Assembly (NCBI GenBank): GCA_951406725.2
Contig: OX597837.1
Coordinates: forward strand, 11,532,001 to 11,596,000
Direction: 5' to 3'
Origin: Octopus vulgaris
Taxonomy: Eukaryota
DNA: 64,000 nt
Made by a program: the position numbers and the translations under genes. Below are positions 13,698-26,305 of this stretch, one piece after another (the stretch's first letter is position 1; each line of letters opens with the position of its first letter). The notes under the pieces were generated by a model. That model saw only the letters and a list, made by a program, of their open reading frames with translations. It was not told where the DNA came from and made no database searches.

Positions 13698-14044
13698 AAG
13701 AATACACGATTGCGCTTGCATATACGAATGTATGTGATGGAAGTTTTCCATGGTCCGACAAAAACGATTCTGTAATTCCTTGTTGAACATCTTGCACAGA
13801 TTATTCGGTTGCAGGGATCGAACCTGTCTGCTGTGTCTTCTCACCACCACCCCTCCATCAAATCATATCAACGTCGCCCGAAGACTCCTACGCTGGGCCA
13901 CGTCGGGTGTCGAGGTGATCGCGGAGCAACGTAACTTAAAGCGTCTTGCTCTCGAACACAATGCCTAACCCGGACCATGAACTGAAACCGCGATGTCGGG
14001 AATGTGAGTGCAACGCTCTACCCTCTAGGCCATGCGTTTATATA

Positions 14045-14374
14045 GGAGCACTCCGTCGGTTTCGACGATGAGGGTCCCAGCTAATACGATCAACGGAACA
14101 GCTTGCTCGTGATATTAACGTGCAAGTGGCTGAGCACACCACAGACACGTGTACCCTTAACGTAGTTCTCGGGGATATTCAGCGTGACACAGAGTGTGAC
14201 AAGGCTGGCCCTTTGAAATACATGTACAAGGGAAACAGGAAGTAAGAGTGAGAGAAAGTTGTAAAGAGTACAGCAGGGATCACCAGCATCCCCTGCCGGA
14301 GCCTCGTGGAGCTTTAAGGTGTTTTCGCTCAATAAACACTCACAACGCCCGGTCTGGGAATCGAAACCTCCACA
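14045..14374 (-). mobile_element. tRNA-derived SINE, family C, with 13-bp target-site duplication
   Basis: Reverse complement of 36649-37033 with a deletion in the head; ATGCGTTTATATA at 14032-14044 and 14375-14387. Confidence 0.85.
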
Positions 14375-14760
14375 ATGCGTTTATATAATGAATGCCTAAA
14401 TAATGAATATTTAAATAATTGCGAATTTCATTTATTTCTTTCGTTAGCTTGTTTAATTTACTTTAGACATGTTTTTGAATTAATAATTAAACAGTTTTCG
14501 ATTGTATAATTGCAGAAGAGAATTCAGCAACGAAATTACATGTAGTTTAACATAAAACAGTTTGAGATGACGTATAGTGAACGTTGATCTCATGTAGACA
14601 GCCTCAGTATACACAAAACCAACACACACATATAGACATGTATATGCGTAGATCTCAATATATATATATATATATATATATGTACGTGTGTAAATAAACA
14701 GACACACAAACACATACGCACACACACACATATTTGTATATATATATGTACGTATGTCAG

Positions 14761-14813
<53 letters not shown>

Positions 14814-14866
14814 CATATATATATATATATACATATGTATGTATATATATATATATATATATGTAT

Positions 14867-14931
<65 letters not shown>

Positions 14932-14936
14932 ATATG

Positions 14937-14972
<36 letters not shown>

Positions 14973-15482
14973 ATATATATGATATATATATAGGCGCAGG
15001 AGTGGCTGTGTAGTAAGTAGCTTGCTTACGAACCACGTGGGTTTGAGGCTAATTCTGTCTCATATGACTGTCGTACCCTTCCCGGGCATCGCCGGGTACC
15101 TCTACTGATGCACGTCCACGAACACATTCATACGCAGCTTTAAGTCGAATGAATGAGAAAAAAAATGCTCAATGCATTTTGTAGAGTTCCTTTATTATTG
15201 AAACTGAAATTAAAAGTATGTCTCGTGACTACGCACACGCACACAAACACACACACACACACAACACACACACACATACACATACATATATTTTTACTCA
15301 GTAAATTGCGGCCAAGCTGGAGCGTTTCCGCTTTCATGATATGTTAAGCCATGTTATTTATATAATATAATATTCACGTCTCATTTTCCAATTTCTTCTC
15401 TCTCTGCCTCTCACACTCTCTCTCTCTCTCTCTCTGTCTATCATTCTCTCTTTCTTTCTCTGTCTCTCTCTCTGTCTATCTA

Positions 15483-15520
<38 letters not shown>

Positions 15521-16312
15521 CATTTTGTTTGTTTTGGTTTTATTTTAATTTTCTTTACTCTTCATTACATAAACAAGTAAGTCTAACTATAATAATTAGA
15601 AAATAAAAAATAAAAAAAAGGTTTAATTAATTAATTTTTATCTTATTTCGAAATATTCTTATTTTTTGGCTCTGAATTTCGTATTTAAATTTAGTTATTT
15701 GATTTTGTAATGTTTAATTCTGAGAAAGAGAGAGAGAGAGAAAGAGAGGGGCACAGAGAGACAGAGCGAGAGAGACGTAAAGATTGTGAGACAGAGGGAG
15801 TGATGTCGTGAGAGAGATAGACAGTGAGACTGAGAGAGAGAGAGAGAGGGGGAGAGATGATGTGTAACAATCATAGCGCCAACAACAATAAGAACAATAT
15901 CAATGACACCAAGCAATGACACAAATAACTACGAGAACAACAAGAACAACAACAACGACAACGACGACGACGACGATGATGAAGTCGACAACAATGGATT
16001 TCTGGTCTTAAGAATAACCAGGAATTGCGATTGTCAAAATCTTTTTGTTCCTTGCTTGTCTCCTTTCTATTCAATCTGTAAATGTAATTTTACGCCGACA
16101 CTAACTCTCTTTTTCTCTCTACTACCCTCAATTTTGCTCTCGTTTACTCTCCCTTCTCTCTGTCTCTCCTTACTTTCTTTACACCCGTTTCAAACATTTT
16201 ACTCCCTGTCACCCCAGTCTAACCCTCTACTTTACTCTATTTTGCTCTCATATACTCTCTGTTACTCTCTCTCTTTCCCTATCTCACTCTCTTTTACTTA
16301 GTCTCTTTCTCT

Positions 16313-16346
<34 letters not shown>

Positions 16347-16513
16347 CATCTCTTGCCTCGCTCTTTTCTCCCTATTCAACAGTTAACTCTCTTTGTCTTT
16401 TGAAGAATACTAAAATGTCTCGTATACACACACATACGCACACACATACATAGAAAATGCATATACACACACATACGTATACGCGCGCACACATACACAG
16501 ACGCACACGGCAA

Positions 16514-16548
<35 letters not shown>

Positions 16549-16607
16549 ATAAAATGTCAGTGGGGGTGATAGATGAATATATTTATTTAACCACTTGTCA
16601 TCCTTAG

Positions 16608-16840
16608 TGGAGGCGCGTGGTGCAGCGCTTAAGGGTGTTGGACTCATGATTGCAAGGTTATGGTTTCGATTCTTGGGCTGGATGATACGTTGCGTTCTTG
16701 AGCAAAACACTTCATTTCACATTGCTCAAGTTCACTCAGCTGGCGAAATTAAGTAATCTTGCGATATATTGGCGTCCCGTCCATGAGTGTGGAATACATG
16801 CGTCACAGAAACCGGGAAACCTGCCCTATGGCACGGGAAG
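16608..16840 (+). mobile_element. Degenerate tRNA-derived SINE with CORE-like central domain
   Basis: GGAGGCGCGTGG head, GGTTTCGATTC B box, TTCTTGAGCAAAACACTTCATTTCAC...CACTCAGCTGG body shared with 58134-58470. Confidence 0.6.
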
Positions 16841-16997
16841 GAGTTTTACATTCTAATGAGACTTAAAGTATCGTCAACTTTTCCCAAACATGAAGAATTT
16901 TACTGCAAAAATAGAAATGATAGTAATTACAAGTGTCAGATAATTTATGAGTTTGCAACAGCAGAGAGAACAGTTAGCCATAATTTATGAGGCAAAA

Positions 16998-17205
16998 AGG
17001 CGATGAGCTGGCAGAATTATTAGCCGGACAAAATGCTTAGCGGCGTTTCTTCCGACTTTACATTCTAAGTTCAAATTGCCACCGAGATCGAATTTTCCTT
17101 TGCCTTTCGAGGTTCATAAAATAAGTACCAGTAAAATACTGGGTTCGATTAATCGATCAGACGCCTCCCTACAAAATTCCAGGTAGTTTGCCTATAGCGG
17201 AAAAG
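16998..17205 (+). mobile_element. Family B SINE, degenerate monomer
   Basis: GGCGATGAGCTGGCAGAA head and AAATAAGTACCAG core. Confidence 0.65.
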
Positions 17206-18224
17206 TATAACAAAATAGTCCGCCATATTGTCGATAATTTTAGTAAGCTGTCACACTAAAATCGATAAAATGAATTCCTGTCGCACACCGTATCGATTTA
17301 ATCAACATCCCCTTCTCTTTTCCACCTCACATCCGCCACCGATAAATAGTCGCATGTCGTCTGGCCTAGAATATATCATTTAAAAAAAAAAATCAATATA
17401 CATTTCCATTTTGTATTTTTTTTTTCTTATTTTACGTTTTTAAGTTATTTTCTGTCACTTCAATGTCCAAGTGAAAGCAATTTTTTTTCCCTCTCTTTTT
17501 AAAATATTTCTTAAACCAAACTTAATCAATTCTGATTCCATTTATTGGAACGGCTCCTGTTTTATATCATTCTTCGAATATTGAAGCTAATTTATCTAAT
17601 TAAACGCTCAAAATGTCTCAAAATCATAAATTTCCTCAAAGATATGTGTCACTAAAACTCCCCAGCGTTAAAGAAAAAAAAAACTTATAATTTTCTTTTC
17701 TTTCTCTCTGATATCCTTGTTTTAATGCATTTTATTTCTGTCTTCATTTTATCTTTTTTTCTGTTTTTCTCGTCGTCTTCGTCGTTGTTGATGCCTGAAT
17801 TCAATTATACTCCAGTCACTGGTGTTGTGTGCTCTTTCGTGAAAACTGTTTGTTTCTCTCCACACCAAGTAACAATTGATTCGTGTTTGCATTATAAATC
17901 AGGCATCAGAGCTATTTCCGTAAGTGTGATTTACATTTTATGCTATGTTAAGCTATATAACGCAAAGGGTCGAGTGCCGTAAGGTGAAGCGTCAAATACA
18001 CTTGTGTCTTCAAAACAGCATTCAGCTTACGATTTTAAATGCCTGATCGTTACGTAGAAAAGTAGTTATTCTGCAGAGTCGGTCGAGTGGAGATACTCGG
18101 CCTAAAAAAGTGATACGGCTTATCTATATGTGACTATGAATATGCTTCAACACACGAATTCATATAAAGAATCTTGCAAACCAAATCCAAAAACGAAATA
18201 GGACTATATTACTTTCTATGTATA

Positions 18225-18620
18225 TCTTTATATATAAAAGAGAAGTTGTGTGTCTGTCTACTTCGATTTAGATTCCTAACTACTCCCACATTTTGCGGTG
18301 CAGTTTAACCAAAACCGGGTATCTTATAGTCGTGATTCATATCGAGCCCTTCTGGGTATTAGCGCGCGTCTACGATGAGTCTACGATTAAAAAAAAAATT
18401 ACCATCATTTTTTTCCATTTTAATGCATTTTTCGCTATTATATAAGGGAAGTAACTCTCTAAAAATATCTACGATGAGTCAACGATTTTTAAAAAAATTT
18501 ACCATCATTGTTTTTCCATTTTTAATGCATTTTTTTGCTATTTTTTGGCTATAACTCTCTAAAAATGCTTATATAGTTATTTCCGTTACAAACCCGAGCA
18601 ACGCCGGGCGATACTGCTAG
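18225..18620 (+). mobile_element. Non-autonomous Helitron
   Basis: A|TC 5' end, subterminal hairpin CCCGAGC-AAC-GCCGGG (18593-18608), CTAG|T 3' end; two more copies in the window. Confidence 0.85.
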
Positions 18621-19398
18621 TTCATTATATAATAAAACTGTCGTACATAATTCAGAGTAGATTCTGCTGCTATTTCTAACATGTTGAACGGCCACATAGG
18701 CGTTGCCTTTATTCATGCATATTAGCCAGAAGTTGCTGGTGGTGGTTTTGTTGTTTATCCTCGAGTTGGCCCTCACTAAGCAAGTTTATGATCGAAGGCG
18801 TTCCATCCACGGCAACTTGTCTTTTTATTAAGAGATCAACGATTACAGTATAGCTGCATCTTTGTGCCAGTTCTTTACCGTTTTGGGAGTGAGGTTGGGT
18901 GGCATTTTTTTCTTTCTTAAATCGAAGGTCAATGAGCTGCAGTTCGAAGGAACTTTGACTGTTATTTCTCGCAGGCCTGGCGGTAACATCTCTCAGCGTT
19001 TCCCTCCTCCAAATCGATCGCAAACTTAATTGCATCGCAGACACAACTGGGATGCAAAACCAAATCGTATCACGTTGTAATTGGGAAATGGATTACGAAA
19101 ACATAACCGTCAACTTTTAAATAGGATAAAATATATGGTTTTCAAGAAAATAAACTTTAAATCAAATTATTTGAAATTGAATTAGACATCATATAAGTAA
19201 TAATCCTATAATGCGCACTATATTTACTGAAATTTCTGTCTACCTCATGATTTTCTTACCTTCTATCATTCGCGTAGATAAAAATTAAAATTTGCTATTA
19301 ATTCAAAGATCATGATAGAGATATCATTCCGTTTTTCCCTCTTTAACGTTTCATATGCTATATATTATCGTGTTCCATTCGATAGAATAAACGTATAC

Positions 19399-19460
<62 letters not shown>

Positions 19461-19716
19461 TTCGAAACGTTGAGTAGATGAAACCTTAGCGACTGAAGAA
19501 AGGTTTTTTTCTTTGTGTTAATTGTCCTGTACTCCATTTTTTTTTTTTTTTTTTTCAAAAAAATGTCCAGTTCCTTTGGTTTGTGTCTATGTTTTCGTTT
19601 CTCTTTGTGTTCGACGTCCCTTTGGTGTCCTGTACTCATATATGCGTGTATATGTACATGTAGAGGTAGGTACGTACATATATGTTTATATATATGCATA
19701 TGTTTTATTTCATTTA

Positions 19717-19770
<54 letters not shown>

Positions 19771-19812
19771 TACAGTGTACATTCAAACACATAAGTGATG
19801 ACCAATGATAGG

Positions 19813-19997
19813 ACATCTGACTCACTAGAAAGAGCAGTTAGAACTCCAAGCCACTAATAGTTGCAATTCTGAAAGGGAATGAAAAATAAAAACATTTACC
19901 CTGTTTTTATTTTTCATTTTTCATTTTTCATTCCCTTTCAGAATTGCAACTATTAGTGGCTTGGAGTTTTAACTGCTCTTTCTAGTGAGTCAGATGT
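19813..19997. repeat. Long inverted repeat (foldback of a pLTR-like end)
   Basis: ACATCTGACTCACTAGAAAGAGCAG... versus ...CTGCTCTTTCTAGTGAGTCAGATGT; ~70-80 bp arms; similar to 57725-57796. Confidence 0.85.
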
Positions 19998-20310
19998 GAG
20001 GAAGGAAGGGTTGGTCAAATGTATTTAGATTATAAAATAAAAGGGGCATGAGGTTGAAAACAAAGAGGCCAAAAAACCTTAAGGGTAGTAGTTAAGATCT
20101 GAGGGTAACGAAACATAACTCAACTATGAAATTACGTTAGAAATTTAGAAAGAGATTTTAGAACCATGTAAAGGAAAAAGGATACATAAATACACTTAAA
20201 CCTTAAAAATAGGGTCCTATGATATATATGAGAAAGTTCATAAGGATTTTCCTTAGTATAATACTAAAGCAGTCATGCTAAAACCATTCAACATTGAATT
20301 TATAATTAAA

Positions 20311-20704
20311 CTAGCAGTATCGCCCGGCGTTGCTCGAGTTTGTAAGGGAAATAACTATAAAGCATTTTTAGTGAGTTATAGCCAAAAAATAGCAAAAAAA
20401 TGCATTAAAAATGGAAAAAATATGATGGTAATTTTTTTTTTAAATCGTTGACTCATCGTAGACATTTTTAGAGAGTTACTTCCCTTATATAATAGCGAAA
20501 AATGCATTAAAATGGAAGAAAATGATGGTAAATTATTTTTAAAATCGTAGACTCATCGTAGACGCGCGCTAATACCCAGAAGGGCTCGATATAAATCCCG
20601 ACTATAAGATACCCGGTTTTGGTTAAACTGCACCGCAAAATATGGGAGTAGTTAGGAATCTAAATCGGAGTAGACAGACACAACCTTACTTTTATATATA
20701 AAGA
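20311..20704 (-). mobile_element. Non-autonomous Helitron
   Basis: Reverse complement of 18225-18620 with intact TC...hairpin-CTAG termini. Confidence 0.85.
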
Positions 20705-21022
20705 TTATAATTAAATGTTATCTGAGTAGGAGTACGTAGTTTATATCAAACCACAACCAGAGATTAGAGTCTAAACGATAAGTTAGTTAATCCCATACCG
20801 GAATATGAGATGTGTCTGTGTGTGACGAAGTGGATGCGACCTGCGCCCACGAAAGTTTAGCTATGCAGAGCAAGGTCAAACCGCCATTTAATACAAGTAA
20901 CTACAACCAAATATGCCATTTACTTTCATTTGCTCTCTCGCTTGTGTATATGCATATGTGCACATGTGTATGTAAGCATGTATATAAATATTAGTGTAAT
21001 ATATATGCGAATAGATATATGA

Positions 21023-21069
<47 letters not shown>

Positions 21070-21091
21070 ATGTTACATTACTCGGTAGTCA

Positions 21092-21154
21092 AGATAAAAC
21101 TCTGAGTTTCAGATGCCGAAGTGGAAATCCACAACACCATCTCTTCGGTTATCT
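21092..21154 (-). ncRNA. Type I hammerhead motif in the Penelope 3' pLTR
   Basis: AGATAA-CCGAAGA-GATG..GTGG(ATTT)CCAC..CATC-T-GAAAC-TCAGA-GTT-TTATCT; 6-bp stem I. Confidence 0.65.
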
Positions 21155-21342
21155 GGCTATTTGAAAACGTTATGAAAAAATACCGTTAAAAATGAAGGGA
21201 AATTACTCTGTTATAACTCTGCTTTGCCTGCGTACTTATACATCGCTCGCACTTTTCGTCATAAAAATTATATACATAAAAATACATAAAAATATATAAA
21301 AATATATAAAATCTTCTTGGGACATAACACAGAAAGCATGTT

Positions 21343-21975
21343 CTATCCGTTTTCTTTAGGGGACCAAAAACGTAACAGAAATTTAGTCACATGTGGGCAT
21401 GATCCGAAAAGCTCTGTCCTTGTATTTAGACATGTGGTAGGGTCTAAGCTGCTTTTCCAGATAAGCCATCTCTCCATGTCGCATAAACCGCACCTTCCGC
21501 TGCCGTTAGTATAGGGCTTACATCTGGCCAAAATCTTCCATTGTATGTTATAATCGACACCTTTATCTCTTAAAGACCAAATATGATTGGATAATTGTGT
21601 CGCTTTTCTTTTGTTCCAGTGCCTAAAGCTCAAAGTGTGGTTATTGAACCTGGCCTTGAAATTACCCTCTGTCAGGCCCACGTATTTCTTCGTCGAAACG
21701 GTGTCTTTAGTGGTTATAGAGTTTACGGTAGCTTCATATATGATGGTCTTGGACATGCAAGCTCCATTTAGCGGGCACAATTCTTTATTCCTGCATGAAC
21801 AGCTGTTTTCTTCTTGTGTTTTTTGTATGTTATGATTGATTATGTTTTTAAAATTGGTAGTTGAACTAAAACTAATTTTTAAATTGTGTATATTGAAGAG
21901 TTTCCTATAAGCATGGTTAACTGGAAAATGTCTATCTATCAGTGCTAGGAAATATTTACCTATATTGAAGGCCAT
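21343..21975 (-). pseudogene. Penelope linker and GIY-YIG endonuclease domain (C-terminal part of a frameshifted single ORF)
   Basis: CSCRNKELCP linker, TIIYEATV...KKYVGLTEGNFKARFNNH (GIY-YIG motif and catalytic R), CGLCDMER, CLNTRTEL..CPH. Confidence 0.9.
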
Positions 21976-22628
21976 CTCGGGTGAGTAAGGGGCGTAAACC
22001 AGATGACCTTCCTATTTCTATTATTCCTTTTCCTTACTGTTGGGCTGGTGATAGGTGTATATTTTATTTTTTCGCTAAAACCACTATCTTTTAAAGCTTT
22101 ATTATAAACTGGGGCAACGCTATTGAAGATGTCCTCATTAGATGAGAGGCTAGAAATCCTCTTACTAATATTTGTAACTAAATTTTTGAATACTATAGGG
22201 GGATGGCATGAACCTACATTAATATAACTTAGTCTATCATTGGGCTTCCTATAAGGCTTATAAATATTATTATTAAGATCTAAGGAAACGTCTAAGAAAT
22301 TGACAACCGTCAGGTTAGTGTCTATAGTTATACTAAGTCCGAAGTGTTTCATTAACTGGATAATATCCTTCCTAAAACGATCTTGTGCTGGTCCATTTGT
22401 ATTAGCTGTTAAGGCGAGGGCATCATCTTTGTAGATGGCGAAATGTACGTTAGGGAATGTCTTACCGAAGGTATCTAGGAGAAAGAGTCCAATTAGATCA
22501 CAGATGCCTGCCCCATCATATGAACCCATGCTCACATCGAAAGCGCCCTCCGTGTCGGTGTTTTTTACCCACTTTGCATTCTCACTGAAAAGTAATGTCT
22601 TTCTAGCATGGAAGATTATATCCTTATC
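21960..22628 (-). pseudogene. Penelope reverse transcriptase, 5'-truncated
   Basis: FDVSMGSYDGA, IYKDDAL (catalytic DD), NFLDVSLDL, PYRKPN, SCHPP motifs; the predicted N-terminal MDNCVAFL comes from the inverted arm, not the RT. Confidence 0.9.
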
Positions 22629-23090
22629 AAGAAAAGCGACACAATTATCCAATCATATTTGGTCTTTAAGAGATAAAGGTGTCGATTATAACATACAATG
22701 GAAGATTTTGGCCAGATGTAAGCCCTATACTAACGGCAGCGGAAGGTGCGGTTTATGCGACATGGAGAGATGGCTTATCTGGAAAAGCAGCTTAGACCCT
22801 ACCACATGTCTAAATACAAGGACAGAGCTTTTCGGATCATGCCCACATGTGACTAAATTTCTGTTACGTTTTTGGTCCCCTAAAGAAAACGGATAGAACA
22901 TGCTTTCTGTGTTATGTCCCAAGAAGATTTTATATATTTTTATATATTTTTATATATTTTTATGTATTTTTATATAATTTTTATGACGAAAAGTGCGAGC
23001 GATGTATAAGTACGCAGGCAAAGCAGAGTTATAACAGAGTAATTTCCCTTCATTTTTAACGGTATTTTTTCATAACGTTTTCAAATAGCC

Positions 23091-23153
23091 AGATAACCGA
23101 AGAGATGGTGTTGTGGATTTCCACTTCGGCATCTGAAACTCAGAGTTTTATCT
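23091..23153 (+). ncRNA. Type I hammerhead motif in the inverted pLTR copy
   Basis: Exact reverse complement of 21092-21154. Confidence 0.65.
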
Positions 23154-23249
23154 TGACTACCGAGTAATGTAACATATTGTATAGATAAATTTCCTCTATT
23201 TACATAATATTGAGGTCTCTTTCTTTCTTTTGTTATCTTACCGTTTTAT

Positions 23250-23302
<53 letters not shown>

Positions 23303-23343
23303 CATACATACATACATGCACACATGCATACACAAATATATGG

Positions 23344-23382
<39 letters not shown>

Positions 23383-23521
23383 CACACATGGACACACACA
23401 CACAAACATACACAAATATATGAATATACATACACACACACATATATATATATACATACGCAAACACATATATGTATGCACACATGCATACACAAATATA
23501 TGGATGCATACACAAATATAT

Positions 23522-23578
<57 letters not shown>

Positions 23579-23613
23579 CACATGCACACACAAATATATG
23601 GATATACATATAC

Positions 23614-23658
<45 letters not shown>

Positions 23659-24930
23659 CATACACGCAAACACACACACACATATATATATATATTATAT
23701 ATAAATACAGGAATATATTTATATGTATATATTTAAATCATCGTTATATAAGATATAGGAAAGCGTTTCTTCTCGCGCGCACGTGCGTGTGTGTGTGTGT
23801 GTTTATGTGTGTGAATAGCATCAATGACATAACCTTACTTTCAGATTCATTAAGCGTTACATCACGACATCAGCATCTTTGCATCGATGCCAAATAGCCT
23901 GCAACCTGAACATTTCCTCAACATCAATACACCATGTTTTCAATAATTCTCAAGTTTCGCGGAAACCAATAATGCGGCTAAAATGTTTACACACGTTCAC
24001 ATTCATTTTGCGACAGATTTAGAAGGTAGCTGTGATTTAATCGACCGTAGTACTTGATCGCAATTTAATGCATCGATTTAGGATTTTGGAATGTAAAATC
24101 CGATCAGGCCCACAATCACCGAGTGATTTAAACCAAAGTCTGTGTTAGAATCACTTTAGTTTAGAAATCGGAGAAGAATCTTAAAAGTTTTTGTATCTGG
24201 TTTGCAAGATTCTTTATGTCAATTCGTGTGTTGAAATAAATTTTGCTGTGTCTTGGGAAAGTCATTATGCCAATATTAATGCATCAATTTAGGATTTTGG
24301 AATGTAAAAGCGATCTGGTCCAGACACACAAAGTGATTTAAACCAAATTCTGAAGAGAAAAATCACTGAAAACGTTGCAAATGGCGACGAAACAACTTTG
24401 ACAAAACAAACGCCTGTTTAACCATTTTAGGCAAACAAGCGATTAGTTATTGTTGGATATTTAACCAATTGACTAATATTAAAGGAATGGAATTGAACCA
24501 GTGTGTGTGTGTGTTAATAATATTGGTGTAATGACTCTCCGTAAACACAGCAAAATCCTAAAAATATTTCATTTTAAAATATGATGTTAATGCATAAATC
24601 AGATTGGGTCGAGATTTTGCCAAAACCTTTAGGAAGGGTGGATATGTTGTCGGTGTTTGATACAGAGCTGGTCCGGTTGTTTGGACAATAGCATAGGCAA
24701 AATCTCTGCAATATGGGGGAGGGAGATAGTCGATTGTATTGCCACTAGTGCTCAACTGGTGTTTATTTTACTGACTTCAAAAGGATAAGGCAAAGTTCAC
24801 TTCCAGGTGCTGCTCAATGAGTTCGAACCTTGAAATTTGTGATTGAAAAAAATCTCAACCTATTGAGCAAGCAACGATTCAGTAAGAACATAATGTGAGA
24901 TAAATATCTCCCAATATTAAGTTCCATAAA

Positions 24931-25520
24931 GGTAGCGATCTGGTGAAATACTTAGAGGCATTTCGTCCGTCTTTACGTTCTGAGTTCAAATTCCGCCGAG
25001 GTCGACTTTGCCTTTCATCCTTTCAGGATCGATAAATTAAGTGCCAGTAACGTACTGGGTCGATCTAATCGACTGGCCCCCTCCCCCAAAATTTCGGGCC
25101 TTGTGCCTAGAGTAGAAAAGAATATTTAGTTCCATAAAGGTGGAGTGATGGTGAAATACTGAGTGGTATTTCGTCTGCCGCTACGTTCTGAGTTCAAATT
25201 CCACCGAGGTCGAGTTTGTCTTTCATCCCTCGGGGTCGATTGAATAAGTACCAGTTACACACTGGGGTCGAAATAATCGACTTAATCCGTCTGTCTGTCC
25301 TTGTTTGTCCTCTCTGTGTTTAGTCCCTTGTGGGTAGTAAAGAAATAGAAATAGGCATTTCGTCTGTCATTATATTCTGAGTTCAAATTCCGTTAAGGTC
25401 GACTTTGCCTTTCATCCTTTCGGGGTCGATAAAATTAGTACCAGATCAAGTCCTGGGATCGATGTAATCGACTTGCCCCGCCCCTCAAAACTGCTGGCCT
25501 TCTGCTGAAACTCGAAACCA
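24931..25520 (+). mobile_element. Family B SINE cluster (monomer plus dimer)
   Basis: Three TTCTGAGTTCAAATTCC...TTTCATCC...GGGTCGAT units; AATATT(A/T)AGTTCCATAAAGGT precedes both heads. Confidence 0.85.
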
Positions 25521-25930
25521 AGATTTCGTTTCATTGTTTCATCCGGTCTTTTTTCTTTTTCAATTTCCTCTTCTTTTGCGTCCCTTCTCGTTCTTCTCAT
25601 TTTAATCTCGTTATTCTACATTCAGTCTCATTATTCCTACTTTTAATCTCGTCTGTCTATGTTTTAATATCACGATTCTATCTTTTATCTTTCATGTGTC
25701 GCACGTACAAAAGATAATTTACAACGAAGACGCATTTCGCGATTATATTTCTCTCGTGTTGCGAAGGCTGATTCTGTTGATAAGTTATATCGAAGTCATT
25801 AGCTGGGTTTCTCTTTTTCTTTTTCTCCTTCTTTTCTTATTTTTCTTCTCTTTTTCTCCAATGACGAAACATAACTTTCAATAATGATCATTTCTTTCTG
25901 GATAACGGTTATTATTATCGTTATTGTTAA

Positions 25931-26305
25931 GGTGGGAAGCTGGCAGAAACTTTAGCACGCCGGGCGAAATGCGTAGCCGTATTTCGTCTGCCGCTACGTT
26001 CTGAGTTCAAATTCCGCCGAGGTCGACTTTGCCTTTCATCCTTTCGGGGTCGATTAAATAAGTACCAGTTACGTACTGGGGTCGATACAATCGACTTAAT
26101 CCATTTATCTGTCCTTATTTGTCCTCTCTGTGTTTAGCCACTTGTGGGTAGTAAAGAAATAGGCATTTCGTCTGTCGCTACGTTCTGAGTTCAAATTCCG
26201 CCGACGTCGACGTTGCCTTTCATCCTTTCAGGATCGATTAAATAAGTACCAGTCAAGTGCTGGGGGTCGATGTAATCGACCAGTCCCCTTTCAGGCCGTG
26301 TGCCA
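25931..26305 (+). mobile_element. Family B SINE dimer
   Basis: tRNA-like head GGTGGGAAGCTGGCAGAAAC plus two core units. Confidence 0.85.

Larger units (their letters stand above)
21062..23253 (-). mobile_element. Penelope-like retroelement, 5'-truncated, with inverted pseudo-LTR, inserted in (TA)n
   Basis: RT and C-terminal GIY-YIG coding remnants; 21062-21610 and 22629-23183 are near-perfect inverted copies; (TA)n on both flanks. Confidence 0.93.

Noticed and set aside
22435-22896. 153-aa plus-strand ORF ending like the endonuclease
   Set aside because: Chimera of antisense RT and the inverted duplicate of the endonuclease C-terminus; not an independent gene
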